NCBI GenBank assembly: GCA_023954495.1
Contig: JAMLIA010000004.1
Coordinates: 13,419-77,418 of the forward strand
DNA: 64,000 nt
Origin: Thermomicrobiales bacterium
GTDB lineage: Bacteria; Chloroflexota; Chloroflexia; Thermomicrobiales; CFX8
Reading direction: 5' to 3'
How positions within the stretch are numbered: position 1 is the first letter of the stretch; each line of letters opens with the position of its first letter. The position numbers were made by a program, and so were the translations under genes. The notes beneath the pieces are model-generated. The model did not search any database, was not told the origin of the DNA, and was given only the letters and a program-made list of their open reading frames with translations. Positions 1-12,407 of this stretch are shown in pieces.

Positions 1-1203
1 TGGCTCATCTCCTGTGGCTACGTGGCCATCTCCGCCTTGGTCGCGGCGTTGCCGTTCATTATCGAGTACGACCCACCGCTCGGCGTGCCGAGCGATGCCG
101 TGCCGAGCTGGCTCACACGCTTGCCGGTGCTCGGCACGCTGGTCAACACATTCGGCATCGTCGTCTGGCACCCAACCGGAGTGCGTGATCTTGTCATTGT
201 CCACGGAGCCTGGATCGCGATGTTTGCAGCGTTCGCCGCTGTGGCCATTGCTCAGGATCGAGCGATCCTGTCATTTGTCGACCGGTACCGGATACCATTG
301 CTGGGAACCAGCCTCGTGTTGCTCGGTATTGCCGTCGCCTGGGCACCGGCCGTTCTGCTCATCGGAATACCGGCAGCGCTAGCCGGCTGGTTCGCATGGA
401 ACTCTGCCGACGCGGGCACCCGCGCGATCTCAGGCCTGTTCTGCGTCGGGTTCCTTCTCATCCTCATTCCCGAGTTCTTCTTCATCCAGGATGTCTTCGG
501 CGACCGGATGAATACAGTCTTCAAGCTCTACTTTCAGGCGTGGCTCATCCTCGGGATCGCCAGCGCTGGCGCGGTTGTCTACGCGCTGGCGCGGGCAACT
601 TGGCCACGAAAGATCATGCTCTCTGCCGCGTTTACCGCGATCATTCTGGCGACACTCCCTTACCTGCCGCTCTCTGCGAGTGACTGGACGAATGGGTTCG
701 AAGAACGCCAGTCGCTGAATGGTGAACAGTACATCGCGAGAGCAAACCCCTCGGACTTCGCTACGATCGAGTGGCTACGCGTGCACGCCGACCCGGGCGA
801 CACGATTGCGGAGGGGCCGGGCTGCTCGTATCAGGTGCTCAACGGCGTACCGCTGAATCGCATCTCTGCATTCACCGGCATCCCAACTGTCGTCGGCTGG
901 GTTGGCCACGAAAGCCAGTGGCGAAGGGGGCAATTCGATGACATCGGATTGATCCTTCAGGCGCGGACTGATACTGCTAATGCACTTGTCGGCGGCGAAC
1001 GCGTATCGCCGACACCGGAGCCGCGCTTCATCATTGTTGGAGCGCAGGAGAGGCAGGGATCGACCGTCTGCCCGATCGCCATCGACGCACCGGCCGACGT
1101 CACCCAGCGCCTGGCAGATGCTGGCTGGGTACCCGTGTTTGAAGCGCAATCGACAACGATCTATGGGCGCGCATCTGACACCGCCGTGGCGAATCTTCAT
1201 TGA
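1..1203 (+). CDS. C-terminal part of a large polytopic membrane protein (resembles DUF2298 / Chloroflexi-Archaea YYY-domain family); 5' end lies outside the window
   Basis: Frame 1 is open from nt 1 to TGA at 1201-1203. Several hydrophobic helices are followed by a soluble tail containing GIPTVVGWVGHESQWRRG. The family name rests on motif memory only. Confidence 0.6.
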   Translation, partial: WLISCGYVAISALVAALPFIIEYDPPLGVPSDAVPSWLTRLPVLGTLVNTFGIVVWHPTGVRDLVIVHGAWIAMFAAFAAVAIAQDRAILSFVDRYRIPLLGTSLVLLGIAVAWAPAVLLIGIPAALAGWFAWNSADAGTRAISGLFCVGFLLILIPEFFFIQDVFGDRMNTVFKLYFQAWLILGIASAGAVVYALARATWPRKIMLSAAFTAIILATLPYLPLSASDWTNGFEERQSLNGEQYIARANPSDFATIEWLRVHADPGDTIAEGPGCSYQVLNGVPLNRISAFTGIPTVVGWVGHESQWRRGQFDDIGLILQARTDTANALVGGERVSPTPEPRFIIVGAQERQGSTVCPIAIDAPADVTQRLADAGWVPVFEAQSTTIYGRASDTAVANLH

Positions 1204-1303
1204 CCGGCTGTTGCCGTTTTGTTAGGCTTCATCGGTGTCCTGTCTGCAGGAACACAGTGTAATGCTGCCTACGATTACGTGGATTATTCTGAGGAGGTTG
1301 GCA

Positions 1304-1891
1304 ATCGGCGCACGACCTGTTCGCGTGAACGAACGAATTCGTATCCGCGAAGTGCGGCTCATTGATGAAGACGGAACGCAGCTTGGGGTGATTCCCACTC
1401 GCGAAGCGCTGGATATCGCGCGCGAGAAGGGGCTTGATCTCGTAGAGGTACAGCCCAATGCAGTTCCGCCAGTGTGCCGGCTTATGGATTATGGACGTTT
1501 CCGCTACGAAGAGAGCCGTCGCGAGCGCGAGTCCCGCCGCAAGGCGAAGGGCGCAACGCTCAAGGAAGTCCGCATGGCGCCGAAGATCGACGACCATGAC
1601 ATCCAGACGAAGGCGCGCCAGGCGCAGCGGTTTCTCGAAGCCGGTGACAAGGTCAAGATTTCGGTCTTGTTCCGTGGCCGGGAGATGCTCCATCAGGACA
1701 TTGGTCGAAATCTGCTGCTGCAACTGGTTCAGCAACTGTCTGACATTAGCACGGTAGATCAGGACCCTCGGATGGAGGGGCGTTCGATGTCTGTCATGCT
1801 GAGTCCACGCAAGGAGGCTCAGCGCAACGATGCATCTCGTGGCACGTCTGAATCCAGACAGGAACCGGCGGAAGCCGAGACAGCTTCCTGA
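1304..1891 (+). CDS. infC: translation initiation factor IF-3
   Basis: NERIRIREVRLIDEDGTQLGV, PPVCRLMDYGRFRYE, KEVRMAPKIDDHDIQTK and ISVLFRGRE are typical IF-3. It is followed by rpmI-rplT as in the conserved operon. Start placed at in-frame ATC 1304, 6 nt after a perfect GAGGAGG (1291-1297). The alternative ATG at 1262 has only a weak AGGAA. Confidence 0.9.
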   Translation: MGARPVRVNERIRIREVRLIDEDGTQLGVIPTREALDIAREKGLDLVEVQPNAVPPVCRLMDYGRFRYEESRRERESRRKAKGATLKEVRMAPKIDDHDIQTKARQAQRFLEAGDKVKISVLFRGREMLHQDIGRNLLLQLVQQLSDISTVDQDPRMEGRSMSVMLSPRKEAQRNDASRGTSESRQEPAEAETAS

Positions 1892-1971
1892 GCTCGTCGT
1901 TGAGTCAGATATGCAGCGGCACCGCAGTGCGGTGCCGTTCCGATGTGCAGTGAGGGTTGGGAGTTCAGGCA

Positions 1972-2178
1972 ATGCCAAAGATGAAGACCAACAAAGGCGC
2001 TGCCCGAAGGTTCAAGATCACCGGTTCGGGCAAGATCATGCGCGCCAAAGGAATGAAGAGCCACTTCCGTCGCCGGAAGGCTCCTCGCACTAAGCGCGCG
2101 TTCGACCGCATGTTTGAGGTCGCGCCGCAGGATCGCAAGCGCGTGCGACGGCTGCTGCCGTACGGGCTGCCGAAATAG
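1972..2178 (+). CDS. rpmI: 50S ribosomal protein L35
   Basis: MPKMKTNKGAARRFKITGSGKIMRAKGMKSHFRRRK is a canonical L35 N-terminus. It lies between infC and rplT. Confidence 0.95.
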   Translation: MPKMKTNKGAARRFKITGSGKIMRAKGMKSHFRRRKAPRTKRAFDRMFEVAPQDRKRVRRLLPYGLPK

Positions 2179-2206
2179 TCGAGTTCGAGACGAGGGAGAC
2201 TGAGTT

Positions 2207-2566
2207 ATGGCCCGTATCAAGCGCGGCGTCGCTTCGCACAAGAGGCACAAGAAGGTCCTCAATCGCGCCGAAGGATTCCGCGGTACACGCAGTCGGCTGT
2301 TCAAGCGTGCCAACGAGGCCGTTATGCGGTCCGGCCAGTACGCCTACCGCGACCGTCGAGTCCGCAAGCGCGACATGCGTCGCCTCTGGATCACCCGTAT
2401 CAACGCTGCTTCTCGGGAGCATGGCCTGCCGTATGGCCGCTTCATTGAGGGGCTGACGCGCGCTGGTGTTGCGGTCGATCGCAAGATTCTGGCGGACCTG
2501 GCAGTTCGCGACAACGCTGCATTCGCGAAGTTCGTTGAGCTTGCCAAGACGCAGCTGAGCCACTGA
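2207..2566 (+). CDS. rplT: 50S ribosomal protein L20
   Basis: [18 protein letters not shown]...[24 protein letters not shown] is canonical L20. SD GAGGGAG lies upstream. Confidence 0.95.
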   Translation: MARIKRGVASHKRHKKVLNRAEGFRGTRSRLFKRANEAVMRSGQYAYRDRRVRKRDMRRLWITRINAASREHGLPYGRFIEGLTRAGVAVDRKILADLAVRDNAAFAKFVELAKTQLSH

Positions 2567-2574
2567 TCTCGACC

Positions 2575-3393
2575 GTGTCGGACGACAACCGTTCGCCCCA
2601 GACTGACGAGATCATTACCAGTGGCGCAAATCCAACGATCAAGCTAGCCCGTTCACTGCACCGGCGAAAATCCCGGGAACGTGAACGGGCAGTTCTTGTT
2701 GAAGGACTGCGCAGCATCGAAGCGGCCCTGGAATCCGGCGCTACGCCACGCGCGTTTCTGATCGACGCAGCGCACAGAAACGTCATCCCCGCAAATCTTG
2801 TAGAACGCTACGCGCAGCACGCACGTGTCGTCGTCGTCGAGCACGAGCTCTTTCTGTCGGTCACACTCACGGAGCATCCACAACCAGTTGTGGCCCTGGT
2901 TTCGATGCCAGACTTGCCGGCTGTTCGGAACGCGTCGCTGGTACTTGCCATTGATGGTGTGCGCGATCCCGGAAACATCGGCACGATGATCCGTTCGGCA
3001 GCCGCCGCCGGAGCCGACGCCATCGCGCTATTGCCGGGAAGCGCCGATCCGTTCAATCCGAAAGCCATCCGCGCAACGGCTGGAGCGCTATTCCAGATTC
3101 CCCTGCTCCGTGTTGGCTCAGTCGAATTTGCAGTCGATCGTTTATTTACTCAACGTCCGACTGTGGTCATCGCAGATGCCAATGCGGATCGAACCTACGA
3201 TGCCGTTGACTGGAACGAGCCGACAGTGATTGTCGTTGGCGGTGAGGCATTTGGCGCGTCGGAAGAGTCGCGTACGTACGCGGACTCCACGGTCGCGATT
3301 CCGATTCAGCCTGGTGTAGAGTCCTTGAATGCGGGAGTCGCGGCCTCAATCCTGCTGTTTGAAGCAATGCGGCATCGGCGGGTGAGCAAGTAA
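2575..3393 (+). CDS. TrmH/SpoU-family RNA 2'-O-methyltransferase
   Basis: GTG start. C-terminal SpoU methylase motifs DGVRDPGNIGTMIRSAAAAG, VVGGEAFG and ESLNAGVAASILLFE. Confidence 0.8.
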   Translation: MSDDNRSPQTDEIITSGANPTIKLARSLHRRKSRERERAVLVEGLRSIEAALESGATPRAFLIDAAHRNVIPANLVERYAQHARVVVVEHELFLSVTLTEHPQPVVALVSMPDLPAVRNASLVLAIDGVRDPGNIGTMIRSAAAAGADAIALLPGSADPFNPKAIRATAGALFQIPLLRVGSVEFAVDRLFTQRPTVVIADANADRTYDAVDWNEPTVIVVGGEAFGASEESRTYADSTVAIPIQPGVESLNAGVAASILLFEAMRHRRVSK

Positions 3394-3419
3394 ACCCGCG
3401 TACATACGCACAAAGGACC

Positions 3420-3448
3420 TTGGGTATCCAGGCAACCTGTGCTATAGT
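3420..3448 (+). promoter_or_regulatory. sigma70-type promoter candidate for the HU gene
   Basis: TTGGGT (3420-3425), 17-nt spacer, TATAGT (3443-3448), about 70 nt upstream of the HU start codon. Confidence 0.55.
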
Positions 3449-3521
3449 CGCCGTCTGACATCCGCCGTGCGTCTCGAACAATAGGCGTCGGCCACTCGAC
3501 TCAACAGGGAGGCTACGAAGG

Positions 3522-3800
3522 ATGAGGAAGCAGGATCTGGTCAAGAGCGTCGCCGGCAAGGCCAACATGCCAGAGCGGCAGGTTGACTCCATTGTTCAGG
3601 CTACGTTCGACGCGATCCGCGACAGTCTCGCTGCGGGCGAAGAGGTAACGATCACCGGCTTCGGCTCGTTCCGCATCTCGGAACGCGGCGCACGCGAGGG
3701 ACGCAACCCACAGACCGGCGAGCGCATCACGATTCCATCCCGCAAGAGCCCGTCGTTCCGACCGGGTACCCAGCTCAAGCGCGCAGTCAGCGGCGAGTAA
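3522..3800 (+). CDS. hup: DNA-binding protein HU
   Basis: MRKQDLVKSVA...ITGFGSFRISERGAREGRNPQTGERITIPSRKSPSFRPG is the typical HU/IHF fold signature. SD GGGAGG upstream. Confidence 0.95.
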   Translation: MRKQDLVKSVAGKANMPERQVDSIVQATFDAIRDSLAAGEEVTITGFGSFRISERGAREGRNPQTGERITIPSRKSPSFRPGTQLKRAVSGE

Positions 3801-3832
3801 CTCTCGCCCACCAATCGTCATGCTGGATTCAC

Positions 3833-3870
3833 GCCGATCCTTCAGCTTCGAAGGGTCGGCGTTGTTTTAT
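3833..3870 (+). terminator. intrinsic terminator after hup, between convergent hup and plsX
   Basis: GCCGATCCTTC / GAAGGGTCGGC 11-bp stem (one G-U), 6-nt loop, followed by GTTGTTTTAT. Confidence 0.7.
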
Positions 3871-3881
3871 GCTTCGGGCTC

Positions 3882-4919
3882 TCAGGATGGAACGGATGTG
3901 AGCGCGGCGCTGTTCGATTCAGCTCGCGCCTGGCGCGGCAGCGTGTCGCGCAATCGCGCCGGTAGCTCGTTTCGTGCGGCGTTGTTGGCCGTCTCGATTG
4001 CGGCGACAAGCGCTCGCGGTGCCGAGCGTCCGTGCGCAGCGATGACTACACCATTGACGCCCAGGAGCGGCGCACCGCCAATACCATCAAAATCCATCTG
4101 CGTTCGCAGCGCGCGGAAGGTCGGACGCAACAGCGCCGCCAGGACCTTCGTTCGCATTGTCGCCGTCAGTTCATCGCGCAAGAGCCGCGCAACGTAGCTG
4201 GCAGTTCCCTCAGCGATCTTCAGCGCGACGTTGCCGGTGAAGCCATCCGTGACAGTGACGTGCGGCGGCTTGGACAGCATTTCGTGGCCCTCGACATAGC
4301 CGACGAAGTTCAGCACCGACGCCTCGAACAGCTCGCGTGCAGCGCGTGTCAGCGCATCGCCCTTGCCAGGCTCTTCACCATTCGAGAGCAGCGCCACAGC
4401 AGGCCGCTGGACGCCGAGAATCGCTTCAACGTATGCCGCCCCAAGATGACCGTGCTGCAGCATGACGTCCGGGCGCGGATCGGTGAACGCGCCGATGTCG
4501 AGAACGAATGCCGTCTGCCCTTTCGAGGGAATGCGTGTGCCCAACGCAGGTCGCGACACGCCCGGGATCCGACCGAGGATCATCAGCGACGCTGCCACCA
4601 GCGCCCCGCTGTGACCGGCGGAAACGACTGCATCCACTTCACCCTGGCGCATGAGATCCAGCGCCACGCTGATTGAATTGTTGGTCTTGCGGCGGACAGA
4701 GAGCGAGGCCGATTCTCCCATGCCGATCGCCTCTTCGGCATGGACGACGCGAAACCTCGTCGTTGAGATATTGAGCCGCCGAAGCTCCGATTCAATCTGG
4801 CTCTCGTGACCGACCAGAACTAGCTCAATGTCGGACGACAGCCCCTCGTCGGTTGCTGCTTCGATGTTATGGGCGACGCCGATGTCACCTCCATGGACAT
4901 CCACTGCGATTCGTGCCAA
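3882..4919 (-). CDS. plsX: phosphate acyltransferase PlsX
   Basis: RIAVDVHGGD, SAGHSGA and GVNGVVIAAHGRS motifs. Start set at TTG 4919, 6 nt after GGAGG; the ORF-track start 4937 sits on top of the SD. Confidence 0.9.
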   Translation of the reverse strand: MARIAVDVHGGDIGVAHNIEAATDEGLSSDIELVLVGHESQIESELRRLNISTTRFRVVHAEEAIGMGESASLSVRRKTNNSISVALDLMRQGEVDAVVSAGHSGALVAASLMILGRIPGVSRPALGTRIPSKGQTAFVLDIGAFTDPRPDVMLQHGHLGAAYVEAILGVQRPAVALLSNGEEPGKGDALTRAARELFEASVLNFVGYVEGHEMLSKPPHVTVTDGFTGNVALKIAEGTASYVARLLRDELTATMRTKVLAALLRPTFRALRTQMDFDGIGGAPLLGVNGVVIAAHGRSAPRALVAAIETANNAARNELPARLRDTLPRQARAESNSAALTSVPS

Positions 4920-4988
4920 TCGGCGCCTCCACAACAATCGAGCGAACAGGGCTCACCCCGATGCGCTCGCGGACTAACTGAGCCGGGG

Positions 4989-7886
<2,898 letters not shown>

Positions 7887-7890
<4 letters not shown>

Positions 7891-8261
7891 CCCCAGCCAT
7901 ACTTTCGCAGGATCTCTTCGCCGAGACCGAAGTGATGGGCGACCTCGTGGACTACGGTCGTTCGAACCTGATCAACCACCTCAGCGTGCGAGGAGCAGAT
8001 TCGCTCGATCGGCCGTTGAAAGATGGTGATCTTGTCCGGCATCACCAGGTTATAGGACGAGCTGTGTCGCTCAGTGAGCGGAATGCCTTCGTACAGGCCG
8101 AGCAGCGTCCCCCGGTCGATGCCGACGCGATCGAGTTGAGCACGACTTGGCCAAAGCTCAATCGTGACGTCAACGTTTTCCATCAGCTCCAGCAGGTCTG
8201 CCGGAAGTGAGTCGAGCGCGGCTACGACCAGGTCTTCAAACTCGTCGGATGCCAGCCGCAT
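7887..8261 (-). CDS. small zincin-like metallopeptidase-family protein (DUF1025-like)
   Basis: HEVAHHFG (HExxH) near the C-terminus of a 124-aa acidic protein. SD GGAGGAGG lies upstream of ATG 8261. Confidence 0.7.
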
Positions 8262-8427
8262 TGCCGGTTCCTCCTCCGGTCTGCAACCGTCTAATTATAC
8301 CGCATTTGGCCATTCGTACGCGAAAATCGCGGCACTTGAAGCCCACTGACAGCATAATCACTGGTCCATATTTACTTGACAGTTGCGCGTCTCGATGTAT
8401 GCGCGCCCACCTCGCGAGCGCACGATG

Positions 8428-10086
8428 TTACGGGGTTGTCTCCAGCGCGGCGCGCAGCATCTCACCGCCGATTGGGAGCGCGGTCTCCGAGCCTGGACCG
8501 CCATGCTCGACGACAACGGCAACGGCGAGCCGCCGGTCGCCCGCGATGGCGTAGCCGGTGTACCAGGCATGTGGTTCGCCCTCGCCGACCTCGGCGGTAC
8601 CGGTCTTGCCGCCGATGGTCGCGCCATCGATCTCGATGCCGCTCGCGTATCCAAACTCAGCCGACGACTGCATCAGCCGCTGGATGATTGCAGCCGACTC
8701 GGGGCTGATCGCACGCTGACCACCGCCGCCACTGAACTGCTCGATCGTCTTACCCTCGCTGTCAATCACATGATCAACGACGTACGGATCCGGCACGACG
8801 CCGTCATTGGCGATCGTCGCCGCTATGAGCGCCATCTGGAGCGGCGTTGCCAGGATCTGGCCCTGCCCGAAGCCGGTGTCAGCCAGCAAGGCTCGATTGT
8901 TCAATTCGTCCCTTGTCGACGCGATCTGCGTCTCGGCGGTGGGAATGTCGAAGTCGATTGCTGAGTCGAATCCGAAGCGTTCTGCGTAGTCCAGAAGCGT
9001 GTCGCTGCCCAGCTGCAAGCCGATCTGCGCGAACACGACGTTGAGTGACCACGCGTAAGACTCCTCAAGCGTGAAGTCGATCTGGGTCGAGTCCGGCCGA
9101 TTCGGCTCCTCAATAACGCGGCCATCAACCTCGAACAGGCCGTCGTCGCGGAAGATCGTGTCGGCGTTCGCACGACCGCTATCAACGATCGCCGAAGCCG
9201 TCACCGTCTTGAACGTCGATCCCGGATTCAGCAGGCCCTGCGTGGGACGGAACACGAGCGGTGCATCGGGGTTCGCGACCAGTTCCTGCCAGTAGGCACG
9301 GATCGCGGCCATTTCCTCTTCGGATTGCTGGCCGGTGTTGGCATAGAGTCGATTCGGATCGAATGACGGCGCTCCGGCCATCGCGAGAACTTCGCCGGTA
9401 TCTGCGTCCATCAGGACGACCGCCCCGGGGCGGCCGGCGAGCAGTTCGTTAGCCTTTTGCTGCAGGTCAATATCGATCGTCAGTGACAGGTCGTACCCGC
9501 GCCGATCCTCATGAATAACGCCGTTGATCCACTCCTGGGCAGGGTTGCCGCCGTCGGTGCCGGACAGGTAGGAGTCATACGCGTCTTCGATATTTGTCGA
9601 TCCGTAGAGCGCTGGCGAGTAGTAGCCAATCAGCCCGGCGGCCTCGATGTTCGGATACTGACGGACGAACGTACCGTCGGATTGCTCGACCGATTCAGCC
9701 AGTACCTGCCCATGACGGTCGGTGATCGCGCCGCGTTGCACCTGCAGGGCGCGCAAACGTTCGCGCGGGTTTGAGACCACTTGCCCGTCGCCTACTTCGG
9801 CGCTGCGAGCGGCAATGCGGCCACTCTCGACAATCTGGATCCTGACGAGCTGAACAGAAATCAACGTCACGGCGACGACGAGGAGTGTCGCCCAGCGCAG
9901 GACCGTGCGGTTATAGATCGGCAGGCTGGATGTGCCGCGTGGCCACCAGGCAATTGACAACATGACGCCGGCAGCGGCCAGCAGCACCAGCCAGCGCTGA
10001 TCCGCCTGATCACTCGTTTCGCCGAGTCCGTAAGCGACCACCAGCAGTGCGGCGACGAAGGCGGCAAATCGAAGAAAGGTCGTCAT
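8428..10086 (-). CDS. penicillin-binding protein, PBP2/PbpA-type transpeptidase
   Basis: N-terminal TM helix. Motifs STFK (GSTFKTVTAS), SWN (AWSLN) and KTGTAE. It lies immediately downstream of the RodA-like gene. Confidence 0.9.
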   Translation of the reverse strand: MTTFLRFAAFVAALLVVAYGLGETSDQADQRWLVLLAAAGVMLSIAWWPRGTSSLPIYNRTVLRWATLLVVAVTLISVQLVRIQIVESGRIAARSAEVGDGQVVSNPRERLRALQVQRGAITDRHGQVLAESVEQSDGTFVRQYPNIEAAGLIGYYSPALYGSTNIEDAYDSYLSGTDGGNPAQEWINGVIHEDRRGYDLSLTIDIDLQQKANELLAGRPGAVVLMDADTGEVLAMAGAPSFDPNRLYANTGQQSEEEMAAIRAYWQELVANPDAPLVFRPTQGLLNPGSTFKTVTASAIVDSGRANADTIFRDDGLFEVDGRVIEEPNRPDSTQIDFTLEESYAWSLNVVFAQIGLQLGSDTLLDYAERFGFDSAIDFDIPTAETQIASTRDELNNRALLADTGFGQGQILATPLQMALIAATIANDGVVPDPYVVDHVIDSEGKTIEQFSGGGGQRAISPESAAIIQRLMQSSAEFGYASGIEIDGATIGGKTGTAEVGEGEPHAWYTGYAIAGDRRLAVAVVVEHGGPGSETALPIGGEMLRAALETTP

Positions 10087-11394
10087 CTAACCTGCCAAAT
10101 CCGGGTCTGAAATACGCAACAGGAGCCCGATGATGATGAAGTTCGTCAGCAGCGAGCTACCTCCGGCGCTGATAAACGGCAGTGTGATGCCGGTGAGCGG
10201 TATGAGTCGTACGGTGCCGCCTACGATGATGAGCGTCTGCACGGCGAGGATCGTAGTCAGGCCGGCGGCGAGGAAGCGCCCAAAGCTATCACGCGCGCGC
10301 AACGAGATGGAAAACCCACGGAAGACGAGCAGGACACTGAGCAATAGCACGGCGAGCGTGCCGAAGAGTCCCAACTCCTCGCCGATGGCGGCGAAGATGT
10401 AGTCCGAGTGAACCGCCGGGATGAATGCCGGATGTCCCTGCGCCAGGCCGGTGCCGAACAGCTTGCCAGTGGCGAGCGCGTATTCGCCCTGAATCTGCTG
10501 GTAGCCAGCATCAACCGGGTCACGCCATGGGTCGAGCCAGTTGGCAACGCGCAACTGCACGCGCCCGAACAGGTTGTAGGCAAGGTAGACACCGATGCCA
10601 AATGCACTCAGACCGGCGATCACATACGAGAGGCGTCCGCTGGCCATGTAGAGCATGGCAAGGAAGACACTGAAGAACAGGAGGGCCGTGCCCAGGTCGT
10701 TCTGGGCCACGACCACGAGCATCGAGAAGCCCCACATCAGGATCAACGGTAGGAGATATGGAATCGGGGGCAGGCGCAAGGGTCCGAGCCGGTAGGTCGA
10801 TACGATGAGCTCCTGGTTCTCCGCGAGATAGGCAGCCAGAAACACAACGAGTGCGATCTTCGAGATCTCGGACGACTGGATCGTAAAAGGCCCGACGTCG
10901 ATCCACAGCCGCGCACCGTAGCGCTCGGTACCAATAATCATCGTCAGCATCATCAGGCCGATTCCGCCGAATGCCCATGTGTACTTGTAGCGGCGGAGCC
11001 AGCCGATGCGTCGAACGATCGTCACGACAGCCAGCAGCAAGAACAGTCCTGCGCCGAGATAGATCAGCTGCTGGCGTGCCAGCGTCGCGTAGCTCTCGTC
11101 GATCTCCGCCAACGCCGGCGTCAGTCGCTGCATCATCAACAAGCCCAGCCCGCTGATACAGACGACGATCGGAAACAACACCTGATCGCCCTTGAAGCCG
11201 GTGATCGTGAACCAGATCGAAATTGCGAAGACGGCTGCGGTATAGGCGATCGACACCCAGATGTCGCGCCAATCCCAGTTCAGGTCGCGCGTTGAGGCGA
11301 GATAGATCGTCAGCAGTCCAACCATCGTCATGATGGTCGGAACAACGAGGAGCTGCAGCTCAGTAAATCGGATGCGGGAGAGGATTGCCTTCAT
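10087..11394 (-). CDS. rodA: FtsW/RodA/SpoVE-family peptidoglycan glycosyltransferase
   Basis: About 10 TM helices with SDYIFAAIGEELGLFG and LPFISAGGSSLL motifs. Its stop abuts the PBP start (rodA->pbp order). Confidence 0.85.
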   Translation of the reverse strand: MKAILSRIRFTELQLLVVPTIMTMVGLLTIYLASTRDLNWDWRDIWVSIAYTAAVFAISIWFTITGFKGDQVLFPIVVCISGLGLLMMQRLTPALAEIDESYATLARQQLIYLGAGLFLLLAVVTIVRRIGWLRRYKYTWAFGGIGLMMLTMIIGTERYGARLWIDVGPFTIQSSEISKIALVVFLAAYLAENQELIVSTYRLGPLRLPPIPYLLPLILMWGFSMLVVVAQNDLGTALLFFSVFLAMLYMASGRLSYVIAGLSAFGIGVYLAYNLFGRVQLRVANWLDPWRDPVDAGYQQIQGEYALATGKLFGTGLAQGHPAFIPAVHSDYIFAAIGEELGLFGTLAVLLLSVLLVFRGFSISLRARDSFGRFLAAGLTTILAVQTLIIVGGTVRLIPLTGITLPFISAGGSSLLTNFIIIGLLLRISDPDLAG

Positions 11395-12266
11395 CAGCGG
11401 TCGTCGATGCGTCGACCAGCAATTGGCAGCAAACGCTCCGCTGTTTGCTCTGGTATCCGGGCGGGATCAGTCACAATGGCATGCTCCAGCGAAGACGTAC
11501 AGGCAGATGTGCAGGACGGTAACTGTGCCTCGGCAAGCGCGATGACCAGCGTCTGGACAGCCGAAGTCATTGCGTTCAAAGTCTCAACAACTGCGGCGAC
11601 CGAAACCGCTTCCTCAGTTTCGTGCCACACATCCCAGTCAGTGACCATCGCGAGGCAGGCATAGCAGAGACCGGCCTCGCGGGCCAGCCGGGCCTCCGGC
11701 ATCGCGGTCATGCCGATGACGCTTCCACCCCACGACCGGAACATCTTCGACTCGGCGCGGGTAGAAAACTGCGGTCCTTCAATACACACATATGTGCCGC
11801 CAAGCCTCGTCGACACCGACGTTGTTTCGGCACAGGCCGCCACGTGGCTGGAGAGAGCTGCGCAAAACGGGTCGGCCATCGAGACATGCGCGACGACTCC
11901 ACCATCGAAGAAGGTTCGATCGCGGTTCACGGTTCGATCGATGATCTGATCGGGAACGACAAACGTGCCCGGAGCCATCGCCTCACTAAGGCTCCCGACA
12001 GCGCTGATCGAAACGAGGTGTGTGACGCCGAGAGACTTCAAAGCGTAGATGTTCGCTCGATAGGGCACATCGGTTGGCGAGTGATGATGCCCGATGCCAT
12101 GTCGGCTCACGAATGCCACGGGTGTGGTGCCAACGGTGCCGACGCTGATCGGCGACGATGGCGCGCCGTACGGTGTCTCGATCTCATGCGATTCTGCCTG
12201 GCTGAACGCACTCAGCTGATACAGACCGCTGCCGCCGATAATGCCAAGTCGTGGTGATGTCGACAC
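11394..12266 (-). CDS. mtnP: S-methyl-5'-thioadenosine phosphorylase
   Basis: LGIIGGSGLY, FVSRHG, GTYVCIEGPQFSTRAES and GMTAMPEARLAREAG are typical MTAP/PNP family motifs. Confidence 0.9.
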   Translation of the reverse strand: MSTSPRLGIIGGSGLYQLSAFSQAESHEIETPYGAPSSPISVGTVGTTPVAFVSRHGIGHHHSPTDVPYRANIYALKSLGVTHLVSISAVGSLSEAMAPGTFVVPDQIIDRTVNRDRTFFDGGVVAHVSMADPFCAALSSHVAACAETTSVSTRLGGTYVCIEGPQFSTRAESKMFRSWGGSVIGMTAMPEARLAREAGLCYACLAMVTDWDVWHETEEAVSVAAVVETLNAMTSAVQTLVIALAEAQLPSCTSACTSSLEHAIVTDPARIPEQTAERLLPIAGRRIDDR

Positions 12267-12324
12267 GTGACTCCCCGATCACTCGCCTGAAGTCTACCCG
12301 GTCGCCAGATGACGATTCGACTGT

Positions 12325-12333
12325 TGGTATAAT
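12325..12333 (+). promoter_or_regulatory. extended -10 promoter candidate
   Basis: TGGTATAAT (TGn + TATAAT) about 75 nt upstream of ATG 12408, in the divergent mtnP/12408 intergenic region. No good -35. Confidence 0.4.
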
Positions 12334-12407
12334 CTCCAATCCATGCGAACCACAAGCCTGCCACTACAAACGGGTCACGATGCCAGTCAGAGCGATTCAG
12401 GTTCGCG

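Noticed and set aside
8376-8964. TTGACA at 8376-8381 followed by a 193-aa plus-strand ORF
   Set aside because: No acceptable -10 lies at the proper spacing (TATGCG only), and the ORF is antisense to the 3' end of the PBP gene.
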